This document shows, in pieces, positions 1-9,684 of a stretch of DNA of 60,517 nucleotides. A program made the position numbers and the translations under genes. This stretch comes from Candidatus Peregrinibacteria bacterium (lineage in GTDB: Bacteria; Patescibacteriota; Gracilibacteria; CAIRYL01; GCA-016699755). Below the pieces are notes generated by a model. That model had not been told where the DNA came from. It did no database searches and was given only the letters and a program-made list of their open reading frames with translations. The first letter of the stretch is position 1. Every line of letters begins with the position of its first letter. The stretch is from positions 1 to 60,517 of the forward strand of contig JANTGK010000003.1 of the NCBI GenBank assembly GCA_024762935.1. Direction: 5' to 3'.

Positions 1-96
1 TAATTTGTAATTTGTAATTTGTAATTTGTAATTTGTAATTTGTAATTTGTAATTTGTAATTTGTAATTTGTAATTTGTAATTTGTAATTTGTAATT
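1..96. repeat. Perfect heptamer tandem repeat (TAATTTG)n, about 13.7 copies, truncated by the window edge
   Basis: Read directly; it starts 3 nt after the stop of the minus-strand gene at 100 and reads (AATTACA)n on that strand. Confidence 0.98.
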
Positions 97-99
97 CCC

Positions 100-1227
100 C
101 TACACCTTCTTCCCCTTCTTCAAAGCAAGATACAGTCCCCGATGACATCGTCCAAGCGTACCGAGTGAAATTAAAAAGATAAGGAATGCAGCAAGATTCC
201 CGATATATGGAACCAGTGGCAACAAATAAATAATAAGAGACCCCAGTGTAAAGAGTCCAAAGATATGCCAATATGAAGATTTTTTTGAAACAGGGAACAG
301 AAAACTTCCCACAACAAGACCATCAACAATCGAGGCCACCAAAAGAGCAGCAAAATACACCAAAATTGCTAATCCCGCGAGCGGGATTCCCAATACTGTT
401 AGCGCCAGAAAAAGAGCCCCAATAGGAAACGTAATAAACATAAGAAATCCGATTCCCATACTCACAAAGGGGGATGATTTTGAGAGCTCAGCATATCGGA
501 TGAAATAATTTCTTAAAAAATGAATCAAAAGCCCTCCAACGGCAAGAATGGTCAAAAAGAAAACGAGTGAAAAAGGAGACCAGAGCCATCGGACTTTTCT
601 TTCAAAAGAACTCTGCTCGTATTTATAGACATCTCTGCTTCCATTAAAAGTGTATTCTCCTCCAACATTAACCTCTGACACCTTGTTGGGGGCAGTAAGA
701 TCCAAATCTCCAGCAATATATCCTGCCTGACCAAAAATCAATGTCTTCGCCGAAATCTTTGCATTTCCAGCAATACGGTCATTTATCTCTACCACTTCTC
801 CTGCAAGTCGCACATCTCCTTCTACAGGTCCATTGAGTTGAATAGACTCAGCCCCTATCCAGGCATCTCCTCCGATAGTACTCCCACTTCGCACAATTAC
901 ATTTTGAGCAGCGGCAATAAGACTATCCCCAATATTTCCAGCAACAACCACATCATAGCCCCCGATACGGGCATCATCCCCAACATCTCCAAATACCTTC
1001 ACTACAAACCCAGCCGCCGTCAAATCCTGACCTACTGATTCACGAACTTCCATAGATCGACCAGCAAGCATAAGATCACCAGGTACATATTTACCAATCT
1101 CTTCAATTTCTCCAGAAATATACACATCATTTCCACTCGAAGTTGTCTGCACATCAGAGAGGGCAAAAACCGAAGGAAGAAAAAGGAAAAAAGCGGGAGC
1201 AATAAATGAAAAAACTGCAGTTTTCAT
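100..1227 (-). CDS. Membrane protein with bactofilin/polymer-forming-like beta-helix repeats and C-terminal TM helices
   Basis: Signal peptide MKTAVFSF..VFA, repeated V-x-G-D-L/A-x-x-A/G-G units, about 5 C-terminal TM helices; start moved from 1440 to ATG 1227. Confidence 0.7.
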   Translation of the reverse strand: MKTAVFSFIAPAFFLFLPSVFALSDVQTTSSGNDVYISGEIEEIGKYVPGDLMLAGRSMEVRESVGQDLTAAGFVVKVFGDVGDDARIGGYDVVVAGNIGDSLIAAAQNVIVRSGSTIGGDAWIGAESIQLNGPVEGDVRLAGEVVEINDRIAGNAKISAKTLIFGQAGYIAGDLDLTAPNKVSEVNVGGEYTFNGSRDVYKYEQSSFERKVRWLWSPFSLVFFLTILAVGGLLIHFLRNYFIRYAELSKSSPFVSMGIGFLMFITFPIGALFLALTVLGIPLAGLAILVYFAALLVASIVDGLVVGSFLFPVSKKSSYWHIFGLFTLGSLIIYLLPLVPYIGNLAAFLIFLISLGTLGRCHRGLYLALKKGKKV

Positions 1228-1519
1228 ACATTTCAAAAAGAGGCAGTTATGATTGTAATGACAACTGCCTCTCGGGTCAATTTTCATATACCCCGAAAGA
1301 AACAAGAAACACTGAATTGATGATAAACTACCATACGAGTCCTCTTCCCAGTTGTGCTCCTCCCCACCTTTCCTTACAAATGGTGAAAGTTCTTGGAGTG
1401 GAATATCAATTTTCTCTTCTTTTACCTCTTTTTGCTCCACTTACGCTTGATTACTTTTTGTGGAGATGTGTTTTTTGAGAAAACATTAAAATTCCTATGT
1501 GATAAAAAAAATATCAGTA

Positions 1520-1547
1520 TTGACAGCAATAAAAATTTCGATATGAT
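1520..1547 (+). promoter_or_regulatory. Sigma70-type promoter of the arg leader/argGH
   Basis: TTGACA (1520-1525), 16-nt spacer, TATGAT (1542-1547). Confidence 0.7.
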
Positions 1548-1555
1548 TGGAGGTA

Positions 1556-1612
1556 ATGAAGAGACAAGAAAATATCTTCGGCTTCCGCCGCCGCCCCTTA
1601 GCTCTTTCTTAG
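1556..1612 (+). CDS. Putative arginine leader peptide MKRQENIFGFRRRPLALS
   Basis: ATG 1556, tandem CGC CGC CGC at 1586-1594, TAG 1610-1612; lies between the promoter and argG. Confidence 0.7.
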   Translation: MKRQENIFGFRRRPLALS

Positions 1613-1648
1613 GGTAGTATTTTTTGCTTTCTTCTTTTTTGCAAAACA

Positions 1649-1684
1649 GCCTTAAGAATATCTTAAGGTCTTTTTTACTTTTTT
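1649..1684 (+). terminator. Attenuator intrinsic terminator upstream of argG
   Basis: Stem GCCTTAAGA/TCTTAAGGT (1649-1657/1661-1669) followed by a U-rich tract. Confidence 0.7.
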
Positions 1685-1693
1685 CATACACCA

Positions 1694-2947
1694 ATGTCCG
1701 ATACAACTTATAAAAAAATTGCTAGTCATGAAGCGAGAAAGGGAGAGTTCTCAAAATGCCTCCTCCTCTATTCTGGAGGACTTGATACTTCTGTTATGCT
1801 CAAGTGGATTCAAGAACAGTACGAAGCTGATGTCATTGCTCTCACCATCAATATTGGGCAGACAGCAGATGATCTTGTTGCCATCAAAGAAAAAGCCATT
1901 CAACTCGGAGCAAAAGATGCCATTGTCTATGATGCAAAAGAAGAATTTGCTGATCTTTGCGCTATGGCTATTAAAGCAAATGCAGATTACCAAGGAGGGT
2001 ATGCACTCGGATGCCCACTAGGGAGGGTAATGATTTCACAAGTGGCAGTTGAAATAGCAAAAAAAACTGGCTGTGAAGTAATTGCTCACGGTGCAACGGG
2101 GAAAGGGAATGACCAAGTCCGATTTGAAAGTTATGTAACAACACTAGACCCAAAATTAAAAATCATCGCCCCCGTCCGAGAATGGGGCATGGGTCGAGAT
2201 GAGGAGCTCGCATATGCTGCAAAAAATAACATACCTGTTAAACAGACAAAAGATTCACCCTATAGTTATGACGAGAACATGTGGGCAAACACAGGAGAAG
2301 GAGGAGAAATCGAAGACCCAAAACTCATCCCACCGCTCAAGAATATTCTCCAATGGTGCAAGACAAAAGAAGAAGCAAAAGACGAAGCTGGAATCCTCGA
2401 AATCGAATTCAAAAAAGGAATTCCCACTTCTCTCAATGGTTCATCTAAAAAACTCAGTGACCTTATTATGGAATGTAATGCTATCGGTGCAGAACACGGT
2501 GTGGGAGTCTTTCATCTGATTGAAGACCGACTCATCGGGCTTAAGGTAAGAGGAATCTACGAAAATCCTGCCGCTTCTATTCTCATTGCTGCCCACCAAA
2601 ACCTAGAACAGCTCGTCTCCACACGAGAGGAAAACGAGATGAAACGATTCATCGATACAAAGTGGGCATATCTCACCTACGATGCGAGATGGTTTGAACC
2701 AACCATGCACCATATTCATAGCTATATCGATAGCCAAAATGAAAAAGTCACCGGAACAGTAAAAGTAAAACTCTATAAAGGAAATATAGATGTTGTTGCT
2801 GTCGAATCACCATACTCACTTTTTGATGCCGATCTCGCCACATTTGATAAAAATGCAGCATTTAATCAAAATGCCTCCGCCGGTTTCATCGAACTCTGGA
2901 ATCTTCCCCAAAAAACTGCACGACAATCATTTAACTACGAATCATGA
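1694..2947 (+). CDS. argG: Argininosuccinate synthase
   Basis: LYSGGLDTS, HGATGKGNDQVRFE and YSYDENMW motifs. Confidence 0.97.
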   Translation: MSDTTYKKIASHEARKGEFSKCLLLYSGGLDTSVMLKWIQEQYEADVIALTINIGQTADDLVAIKEKAIQLGAKDAIVYDAKEEFADLCAMAIKANADYQGGYALGCPLGRVMISQVAVEIAKKTGCEVIAHGATGKGNDQVRFESYVTTLDPKLKIIAPVREWGMGRDEELAYAAKNNIPVKQTKDSPYSYDENMWANTGEGGEIEDPKLIPPLKNILQWCKTKEEAKDEAGILEIEFKKGIPTSLNGSSKKLSDLIMECNAIGAEHGVGVFHLIEDRLIGLKVRGIYENPAASILIAAHQNLEQLVSTREENEMKRFIDTKWAYLTYDARWFEPTMHHIHSYIDSQNEKVTGTVKVKLYKGNIDVVAVESPYSLFDADLATFDKNAAFNQNASAGFIELWNLPQKTARQSFNYES

Positions 2948-4146
2948 GACTCTGGGATACAGCGAGCACAAGTGACTCTCACCATGAATTTGTTGATCAC
3001 TTCACCGTCGGAGATGACTACCAGTGGGACAACCAACTCTTAGAGGCAGATGTTCGGGCAAGTAAAGCACACGCGCTCATGCTCCTCAATGTCGGGGTTA
3101 TTACAGATAAAGAAAACAAGATGCTTCAAAAATCACTTGATGAAATTCTTCTGCTTCACAAAAAAGGAGAATTTCTTATCACTCGTAATCATGAAGATTG
3201 CCACACAGCCATAGAAGAATACCTCACCATGAAATGTGGTGATACCGGCAAAAAAATTCATACCGGGCGAAGTCGAAATGATCAAGTTCTCGTAGCCATG
3301 AGAATCATCATGAAAGAAAAAATGGATGACTTTCATGACCAAATTCAGGAGCTTTCAAACAGCTTTTCTCAACAAAGCAAAAAATGGAGCTCCCAAATAA
3401 TGCCAGGATACACACATATGCAAAAAGCAATGCCAACAACAGTAGGAATCTGGTTACAGGCTTTTGCTGATGGACTCTCAGACCAAATACCTCCTCTTAA
3501 ATCCGTAAGAACTCTCATCGACCAAAACCCACTCGGATCAGCAAGCGGCTTTGGAATCAGAAACTTCAAAAATAATCGCCCGCTCACAACACGAGAATTG
3601 CATTTCCAAAAAACCCAAGAAAATCCAATATACTGTGGTCTTTCACGTGGCCTGTTTGAGTATCAATGTATTGAAGCACTCACGCCAAGTATACTCATTC
3701 TCAGTCGATTTATTGCCGATATTCTTTTTTTTACTGCTGACGGAAAAAAGTATTTTACCCTCCCTGATTTTTTGACCACAGGAAGTTCCATCATGCCCCA
3801 GAAAAAGAATGTTGACCCCGCAGAGATATTTCGAGGAAAAGTATCACAATTCCTTGCCATCAAACATGAAATAGAAATAATCTACAACGGACTTCCCTCT
3901 GGATACAATCGGGATATTTCTCTTATAAAACAATCGTACTTCCGGGCGAGCACTCTTGCAGAAGAACTCATGCAAATGGCACAGATTTTTGCAGAAAATG
4001 TCACTCCAAATGCTGAAGCACTCCAAGAAAGTATGACCGAAGACCTCTTTGTCACCGAAAAGATTTATAATCTCGTAAAAATAGGAGTCCCATTTCGAGA
4101 AGCGTATCAACAGGTAAAAGAAGAGTTTATGACCGGAGACTTGTAA
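2944..4146 (+). CDS. argH: Argininosuccinate lyase
   Basis: HTGRSRNDQV, MPGYTHMQKA and GSSIMPQKKN signatures; ATGA overlap with argG. Confidence 0.95.
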   Translation: MRLWDTASTSDSHHEFVDHFTVGDDYQWDNQLLEADVRASKAHALMLLNVGVITDKENKMLQKSLDEILLLHKKGEFLITRNHEDCHTAIEEYLTMKCGDTGKKIHTGRSRNDQVLVAMRIIMKEKMDDFHDQIQELSNSFSQQSKKWSSQIMPGYTHMQKAMPTTVGIWLQAFADGLSDQIPPLKSVRTLIDQNPLGSASGFGIRNFKNNRPLTTRELHFQKTQENPIYCGLSRGLFEYQCIEALTPSILILSRFIADILFFTADGKKYFTLPDFLTTGSSIMPQKKNVDPAEIFRGKVSQFLAIKHEIEIIYNGLPSGYNRDISLIKQSYFRASTLAEELMQMAQIFAENVTPNAEALQESMTEDLFVTEKIYNLVKIGVPFREAYQQVKEEFMTGDL

Positions 4147-4711
4147 GCATATTATTATCCTTTAGCCACTTCTGCACCATGACTCCGAGTTCAAAAGCAA
4201 AAGGAGAATTTATAATAGGGCTTCCATTGCTCATGTCGATTTTATCTTGAGGAACAAGAATATACCCGATTGGTGGGTATACATCTGGCAAAATATTTGA
4301 AATATTCATTACGGGACCTTCATCACCACATCCAATGAGCCGTAACTCTTCCAACAGAGAAATCCTTCCTGTCTGTGTAGTGCTACGCATAGTTGGCTGA
4401 ATCTGTAATTTTCTAATACGATCATAAAGAGCCATCTGCTCATCAACACTTTCACTATTATCATATCTTTCACGAAGATTTCCAAGTGTTGATTTAAGAG
4501 CCGCTGTATACACATCATGCAGGATGACAACAATCGCTGGATGAATCACCTCTTTCTGTTTCTCAGGCTCAATATCGGTAGAAAATGGATGTGATGAAGC
4601 GATGACATTGACTTGTCTCCCAAAACCATTGTTGTCACAATACGCAAACATATCTTTTCTCCACTGTACCGGAATAGTAAATCGTCTCTTGTCATCTATT
4701 TTTATATTCAT
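4127..4711 (-). CDS. Divergent MraZ/AbrB-like protein
   Basis: N-terminal IDDKRRFTIP resembles the MraZ DxKGRxxIP motif; weak second motif QTGRISL. Confidence 0.45.
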   Translation of the reverse strand: MNIKIDDKRRFTIPVQWRKDMFAYCDNNGFGRQVNVIASSHPFSTDIEPEKQKEVIHPAIVVILHDVYTAALKSTLGNLRERYDNSESVDEQMALYDRIRKLQIQPTMRSTTQTGRISLLEELRLIGCGDEGPVMNISNILPDVYPPIGYILVPQDKIDMSNGSPIINSPFAFELGVMVQKWLKDNNMLTSLRS

Positions 4712-4763
4712 TCTTAGATAAAAAGTCCTGCACTATACCCTGGTCTTCTATTTTTTAGCAACT

Positions 4764-4803
4764 AAAAATCCCGTACTTGTGGAGAAGTACGGGATTTTTT
4801 TTT
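4764..4803. terminator. Intrinsic terminator after the DsbA gene (bidirectional shape)
   Basis: AAAAATCCCGTACTT-gtggag-AAGTACGGGATTTTT. Confidence 0.85.
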
Positions 4804-4819
4804 CAGTGTATACAATGAC

Positions 4820-5719
4820 CTACTCTTGAGCAGCGAGTTCTTGCTCAATATACTTCTCAAATTCTTCGTATGGATATGCTCCCTTAATCTGCCATCCGTT
4901 AATGAAAAATCCAGGAGTTCCTGAAATTCCGTACTCAGAACCTTGTTTCATATCTCCTTCGATTTCAGCAGTATCATTTGCATCAAGACATGCTGTAAAT
5001 GCTGCTTCATCAAGTCCAAGTTCTTTTGCATACTTAATGAATGTCTCCCTATTAAGACTCTTCTGGTTAGCAAAAAGCTTATCATGCATTTCAAAGTACT
5101 TTTCATTACCACCTTGCTCTAGAACACAGTTTGCTGCAACAGCTGCAGGCATAGCGTCTGGATGAAATCCAAGAGGAAAATCTCGGTATACATATTTTAC
5201 TTTTCCTGTATCAACATATTTTTCTTTAATCTTTGGGTAAACGGAGTTCACATGGCGAGAGCAAAATGGGCACTCAAAGTCTGAAAATTCAACAATAGTC
5301 ACTGGTGCATCTGCATCACCAATAAAGGGGTCATCATCCACAGAAATGCCCTCCATTTTCTTCGGCTTGTTGGCCTCTTCTTGTGCTTTTTTTGCCGCTG
5401 CTTCTTGTTCAGCAATAAAAGCTTGAATTCCTGCAGCTACTTTTGCATTAAAATCTTCATCGGTCATACCTACTGAATCCGCAACAATCTTCTCTGAAAT
5501 CATCTGCTGTACATCCTCTTTAGTGGCAAAACCAGCATCTGTAAGCTGACTTTTGACTATTTCTTTAATTTTTTCTTCAGAAACACTCTTTTTTAACTCC
5601 TTCTGGACAATCTTTGAAACTCCAGCTTCAGAGAGACCCGAAGAATCACTGACTCCTGGTACACACCCAGAAAGAAACATGCCAGAAACGGCAAGAACGG
5701 AAAGAAAATACTTATTCAT
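4820..5719 (-). CDS. DsbA-family thioredoxin-fold lipoprotein
   Basis: Lipobox LSGC; EFSDFECPFC; GISGTPGFFING. Confidence 0.9.
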   Translation of the reverse strand: MNKYFLSVLAVSGMFLSGCVPGVSDSSGLSEAGVSKIVQKELKKSVSEEKIKEIVKSQLTDAGFATKEDVQQMISEKIVADSVGMTDEDFNAKVAAGIQAFIAEQEAAAKKAQEEANKPKKMEGISVDDDPFIGDADAPVTIVEFSDFECPFCSRHVNSVYPKIKEKYVDTGKVKYVYRDFPLGFHPDAMPAAVAANCVLEQGGNEKYFEMHDKLFANQKSLNRETFIKYAKELGLDEAAFTACLDANDTAEIEGDMKQGSEYGISGTPGFFINGWQIKGAYPYEEFEKYIEQELAAQE

Positions 5720-5927
5720 AGTCGATAAAAAAAATACCCATGCATTTTATAGTAAACTCCCCCCAAAAGAAAGGTTCGCGCATTTCTCAAATTTAGTAAT
5801 ATTTTATAATCCTATTTGATAGAGAGAATCATTTACGAGATATGTACCGTTTCATGTACTCCTCCCAAATGCAATGCGGTTACTTGTCGGGAGCAATCAA
5901 CTCACGAGATGAGAAGATATTACAGAA

Positions 5928-8573
5928 TTACTCCTTTCCCTTTTCACAGTGTGAAAATTGAGGATTATCACTGCATACAATCTCTCCACCAAAGTTTCGT
6001 TCACACTGGCTTTCATTAAAGTACACCGCTTTACACTCACTTCGACTGATGCACTCATTTTCAGTTCGAATTTCCGAGCAGGTCTTTTCATCAAGGGTAA
6101 TACGGTTTTTAAGGCTCAGATCATCCCACGAAAGAGCACTGATAATGTTCGGAGAAATCGAAAAGAAATTCTTCCCGATATAAATGATTCTCTGAATATT
6201 TTTATCAGCATCTCCATAAAAATACTCACCAGACTTTAAAAACGAATCATCATCGGCATCATAGTGGCTCACTTCTCCCCGAAGAGTAAATCCATCTTTG
6301 ACGCTTACATCATATACTCTCGCACCAGAAAAGACTGTTTCAATATCTGCTTCATCTCCTGTTTTGTTATTTTTGTTCTCAGTAATAGTAACCGGGAACC
6401 CTAGAATGCCTTTTTTCTCGTCAAAAAGAAGAGCCTTATGATTTGTAAGGACCTCACTCGTCGTTCCTCGAGACCCGATGACTTCCTTTTGAATCTCTCT
6501 TGGATTTGCTAGGTCAGAAACATCAAAAAGGGAGAGTTTCATTCCAAGAACAGCAGTGTAGTATACAGCTGAATCAGAGTGGACCTTGTCGGCATCGATA
6601 GATTCATCAACCTCCTTTCCAAAACCAATCAAATACTTTTCACCAAAAGGTTGTAAATAATCTGACCATCCGGGAATTTTTAATTTCCCAAGAATTTTTG
6701 GTGCTGTCGGAGTAAGGTCTATGACAAACAGTGGATCAACTGTTTTAAAAGTAATGAGAAATGCTCGTTTCCCCATAAAACGAGCTGACTTCAGATTCTC
6801 TCCAGGTGCAATACCATCAATCACTCCTGTCTGCTTCAGGTTAGAATCGAGAATCGTTACCATACTTTCGGAAAGATGAGATCCCCACGCCTGACCAACT
6901 TGTGTCGCTACTCGAAAGTAATCATTATATTCACTCATTGAAAATTGATTTAAAAGTCGCCCCCGAACTCGCCCCTTTCCATCAAATGCGATATCACCAT
7001 TAGAAAGTGAAAATTTATAAATATCTGTTCCTTCTGTGTTTTCCCAACCAGAATCATTTCCCCTCTCCCAAAAAATTTCATCCCAAGAAGAATTTGTCAC
7101 ATAGAGATTCTTTTGAGAGGCATACACCTGATTTCCTCCTCCAAGAACAACCTCTCGTTTTGCTTTCTCTGATGCATCTCTCGTATTTACTGAGGCAACA
7201 ATAAGGTAGTTCTGATACTGGAAATTTGGTATATACCGCACCTCATCACATCCGGCAACAGTTACTTCATCAGGATGAGTGGAATCTGAGAATGCAGGAA
7301 GAAGATCATCAAGAGGTATTGGCTCTGGACCCCCTCTAAAAGCATTCCATCCTTTATTCACCACGACATATACCATCTCATCAATTCTACGGGAAGAAAC
7401 ATATTCCCCTTCTACAGCAACGGTACGAAGTTTTTTTGGATTCTCTCTATCAGAAACATCATATACAAGAGTAACCACCTCAGTTGCACCAGAGTAATAC
7501 GGCATATCCGGCATTATTGTCGTTCGAATAACATCTTCGTAAGGAGAAACCGTCATGCCGTTTTTCTCTCCAATAAGAGTAAGTCGATCTCCATCAAGAA
7601 ACATCTCACGAGGAAGTATTTTCTCTTCATCAAGTGAAATCCGTGCCACCTCCTTCATTGTATCTGTCGGTATAGCTGAGATAATACGAACAGTTTTTCC
7701 CTTGAGAAGAAAAATATGTGACCCATCATTTTTGATGATATCTGCTTCATCAACTCCTTCCTCTTGAATATTTGTTTCTGAAAAATCATCTGCCGCTGGA
7801 GCCATTGTTTTTTCTTCGACCATTGCGCTTACACCTGCCGAATCACCATCAGTGACAGCAAAATCTGCAAATTCCATTTCGCTATCAACCATTGCATTTC
7901 TTGTTTGCAAAGCCCCTGTATTGAGCCGTTTTTCTGCTTTTTGTAACTGTGCTTCAAGCTCATCACATGAGTTGAGTGTTGGAAGGTCTCCAAGAGAAGT
8001 ATTCTCTACTTCATTTCCGGTAACAATACCCCAAACCATTTCTGACATCTCACCACGTGTAAGCAGATCAGCTGTATCAGTAATGCTTCCCGGCATGACT
8101 CGCTCCCTTTGTAATGCCCCTATATACCCCTCAAACCACTCCCCTTGTTTTGATGCTGGGATAGAGAGCCCTTGAACTTCACTCACAATTTTTGCTGCAT
8201 CACGAACGTTAATTTGTTCATGAGGCCGAAACGTTCCGTCGGCATATCCCATTATAATCCCATTATTAGAGGCATCGCACACGACGTTATAAAACCAATC
8301 ATCAGGATGCACATCTGAAAATGTTTTTCCCTCCCAGATACAAGAATCATCACCATAATCTTCTGATGTCTTCAATGCAATCTTCAAAAACTCTGCTCTC
8401 GTAATATCTTTATCAGGTCGAAATGTCCCATCTGAAAATCCTTCTACAATACCATTATTCAAAAGATATTCAACTGCCTCTCTCGAGCTCGTACCATGAG
8501 TATCAGAAAAATCTGCACTCACAATCGGCGACAACACGAGGGCAAAAAATGAAACAAAAAGTATTTTTTTCAT
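5928..8573 (-). CDS. Secreted SLH-domain plus beta-propeller-domain protein with Cys-rich tail
   Basis: SLH motifs GFSDGTFRPDKDITRAEF; TNIQEEGVDEADIIK, FKTVDPLFVIDL and LKIPGWSDYL of the Beta_propel family; start ATG 8573. Confidence 0.85.
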   Translation of the reverse strand: MKKILFVSFFALVLSPIVSADFSDTHGTSSREAVEYLLNNGIVEGFSDGTFRPDKDITRAEFLKIALKTSEDYGDDSCIWEGKTFSDVHPDDWFYNVVCDASNNGIIMGYADGTFRPHEQINVRDAAKIVSEVQGLSIPASKQGEWFEGYIGALQRERVMPGSITDTADLLTRGEMSEMVWGIVTGNEVENTSLGDLPTLNSCDELEAQLQKAEKRLNTGALQTRNAMVDSEMEFADFAVTDGDSAGVSAMVEEKTMAPAADDFSETNIQEEGVDEADIIKNDGSHIFLLKGKTVRIISAIPTDTMKEVARISLDEEKILPREMFLDGDRLTLIGEKNGMTVSPYEDVIRTTIMPDMPYYSGATEVVTLVYDVSDRENPKKLRTVAVEGEYVSSRRIDEMVYVVVNKGWNAFRGGPEPIPLDDLLPAFSDSTHPDEVTVAGCDEVRYIPNFQYQNYLIVASVNTRDASEKAKREVVLGGGNQVYASQKNLYVTNSSWDEIFWERGNDSGWENTEGTDIYKFSLSNGDIAFDGKGRVRGRLLNQFSMSEYNDYFRVATQVGQAWGSHLSESMVTILDSNLKQTGVIDGIAPGENLKSARFMGKRAFLITFKTVDPLFVIDLTPTAPKILGKLKIPGWSDYLQPFGEKYLIGFGKEVDESIDADKVHSDSAVYYTAVLGMKLSLFDVSDLANPREIQKEVIGSRGTTSEVLTNHKALLFDEKKGILGFPVTITENKNNKTGDEADIETVFSGARVYDVSVKDGFTLRGEVSHYDADDDSFLKSGEYFYGDADKNIQRIIYIGKNFFSISPNIISALSWDDLSLKNRITLDEKTCSEIRTENECISRSECKAVYFNESQCERNFGGEIVCSDNPQFSHCEKGKE

Positions 8574-8687
8574 ACGGAGAAAAACAGCAGAAAAAGAATA
8601 GACTTTCGCAGAAAAATGGCAAGTCAATAGAAAGCAATCACCCTTTGAGCCCTAAAATCATATCACATCCTGCTGATGCGAATAATA

Positions 8688-9164
8688 CTATCGTAAAACA
8701 GCTTTCAATGATTCCGAGAAACAATCACTAAAAAAGAATGTCTGTATAAAATACGGAACATCTTCTCGACAAACAAAAGGGGCAATCAGCGGGAATACGA
8801 AATTCCAAATAATGGCCCCAAGGATCATGATTCCAAAAAATCCTCCAATCACCAGTACAATCTGCCTTCTATTTGCTCCAGCACTTTTTAAATCGTTCCG
8901 CATAAAAAAAACAAAAATGATGATGCCTATTACCCCCTGTATGACAATGGACAGAACATCAGCCAGCAGGGTTATTATAAGAGCAATAACAAGAGGAATA
9001 ATAATGAGGATAAACAGAATATTTTGTATTGGATAACGCACAAATACTCCCTCAGCATTTATTTTTCCCACTCGCATGTATCGAACGAGAAAAAAATAAA
9101 CAACAAAAGACACAAGAAGCGTAAAAAGAGGTCTTGCAAGACTCACCAAAAGAAATCCACCCAT
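8688..9164 (-). CDS. Hypothetical membrane protein
   Basis: 158 aa with about 4 hydrophobic helices. Confidence 0.6.
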   Translation of the reverse strand: MGGFLLVSLARPLFTLLVSFVVYFFLVRYMRVGKINAEGVFVRYPIQNILFILIIIPLVIALIITLLADVLSIVIQGVIGIIIFVFFMRNDLKSAGANRRQIVLVIGGFFGIMILGAIIWNFVFPLIAPFVCREDVPYFIQTFFFSDCFSESLKAVLR

Positions 9165-9312
9165 TTAAATGAAATAGTAATAATCACAATCTTACACTAA
9201 TACAAACCCACATGAAATGCCTCAAGGCTTCATCATGGAATAAATATCATGAGAGTGATACCCAAAATAGTAGAGTCATAAACTCTTGCACATTTTTAAT
9301 TCTCATGCGCTA

Positions 9313-9438
9313 CTACGTAATAAAACTTGTGGCACCAAGCCAGGCAAGGTCAAATATTGCTTTTTGAGTTTGGTAGAGTTCTGGATTTTCAATCAGTACT
9401 CCAATAGGATTTTTTTTATTCAGATTTGCAATAGCGTA
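9313..9438 (-). pseudogene. C-terminal remnant of a TrmB-like regulator
   Basis: Manual translation YAIANLNKKNPIGVLIENPELYQTQKAIFDLAWLGATSFIT*; the HTH N-terminus is absent. Confidence 0.55.
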
Positions 9439-9572
9439 TGTCTCTCCGGAACCCAAGAAAACTCTATACAAGGAGTTTTGATAATTGTTCTAAAGTAATA
9501 GAAACGACATTTGCTCCAGAGAGACCAGAGAAAGTGTTTTGTGAAGAGTGTTATCTCCAAGTCATTCAATAA
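9438..9572 (+). pseudogene. C-terminal remnant of a CPR Cys-rich (CxxC-x17-CxxC-type) protein
   Basis: MSLRNPRKLYTRSFDNCSKVIETTFAPERPEKVFCEECYLQVIQ*; first Cys replaced by F; in-frame TAG just upstream. Confidence 0.6.
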
Positions 9573-9684
9573 AACCTATTGTGTCAGTTCCATCAGCTCC
9601 CCATTGGATTGAAAGTGGTTTATGCTTTGAGAAAATACAAGAAAAAGAATGTATTAAAAAAATATTTCTATACACCATATTTAT

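Noticed and set aside
1-96. CRISPR array or telomere
   Set aside because: It is a 7-bp perfect repeat with no spacers and no cas genes, in a bacterial gene context
1228-1440. 71-aa N-terminal extension of the first ORF
   Set aside because: The signal peptide begins at ATG 1227 and the extension has no recognisable features
1549-1554. GGAGGT as the SD for the arg leader peptide
   Set aside because: It is only 1 nt from the ATG and lies between the -10 and the likely TSS; leaderless initiation fits better
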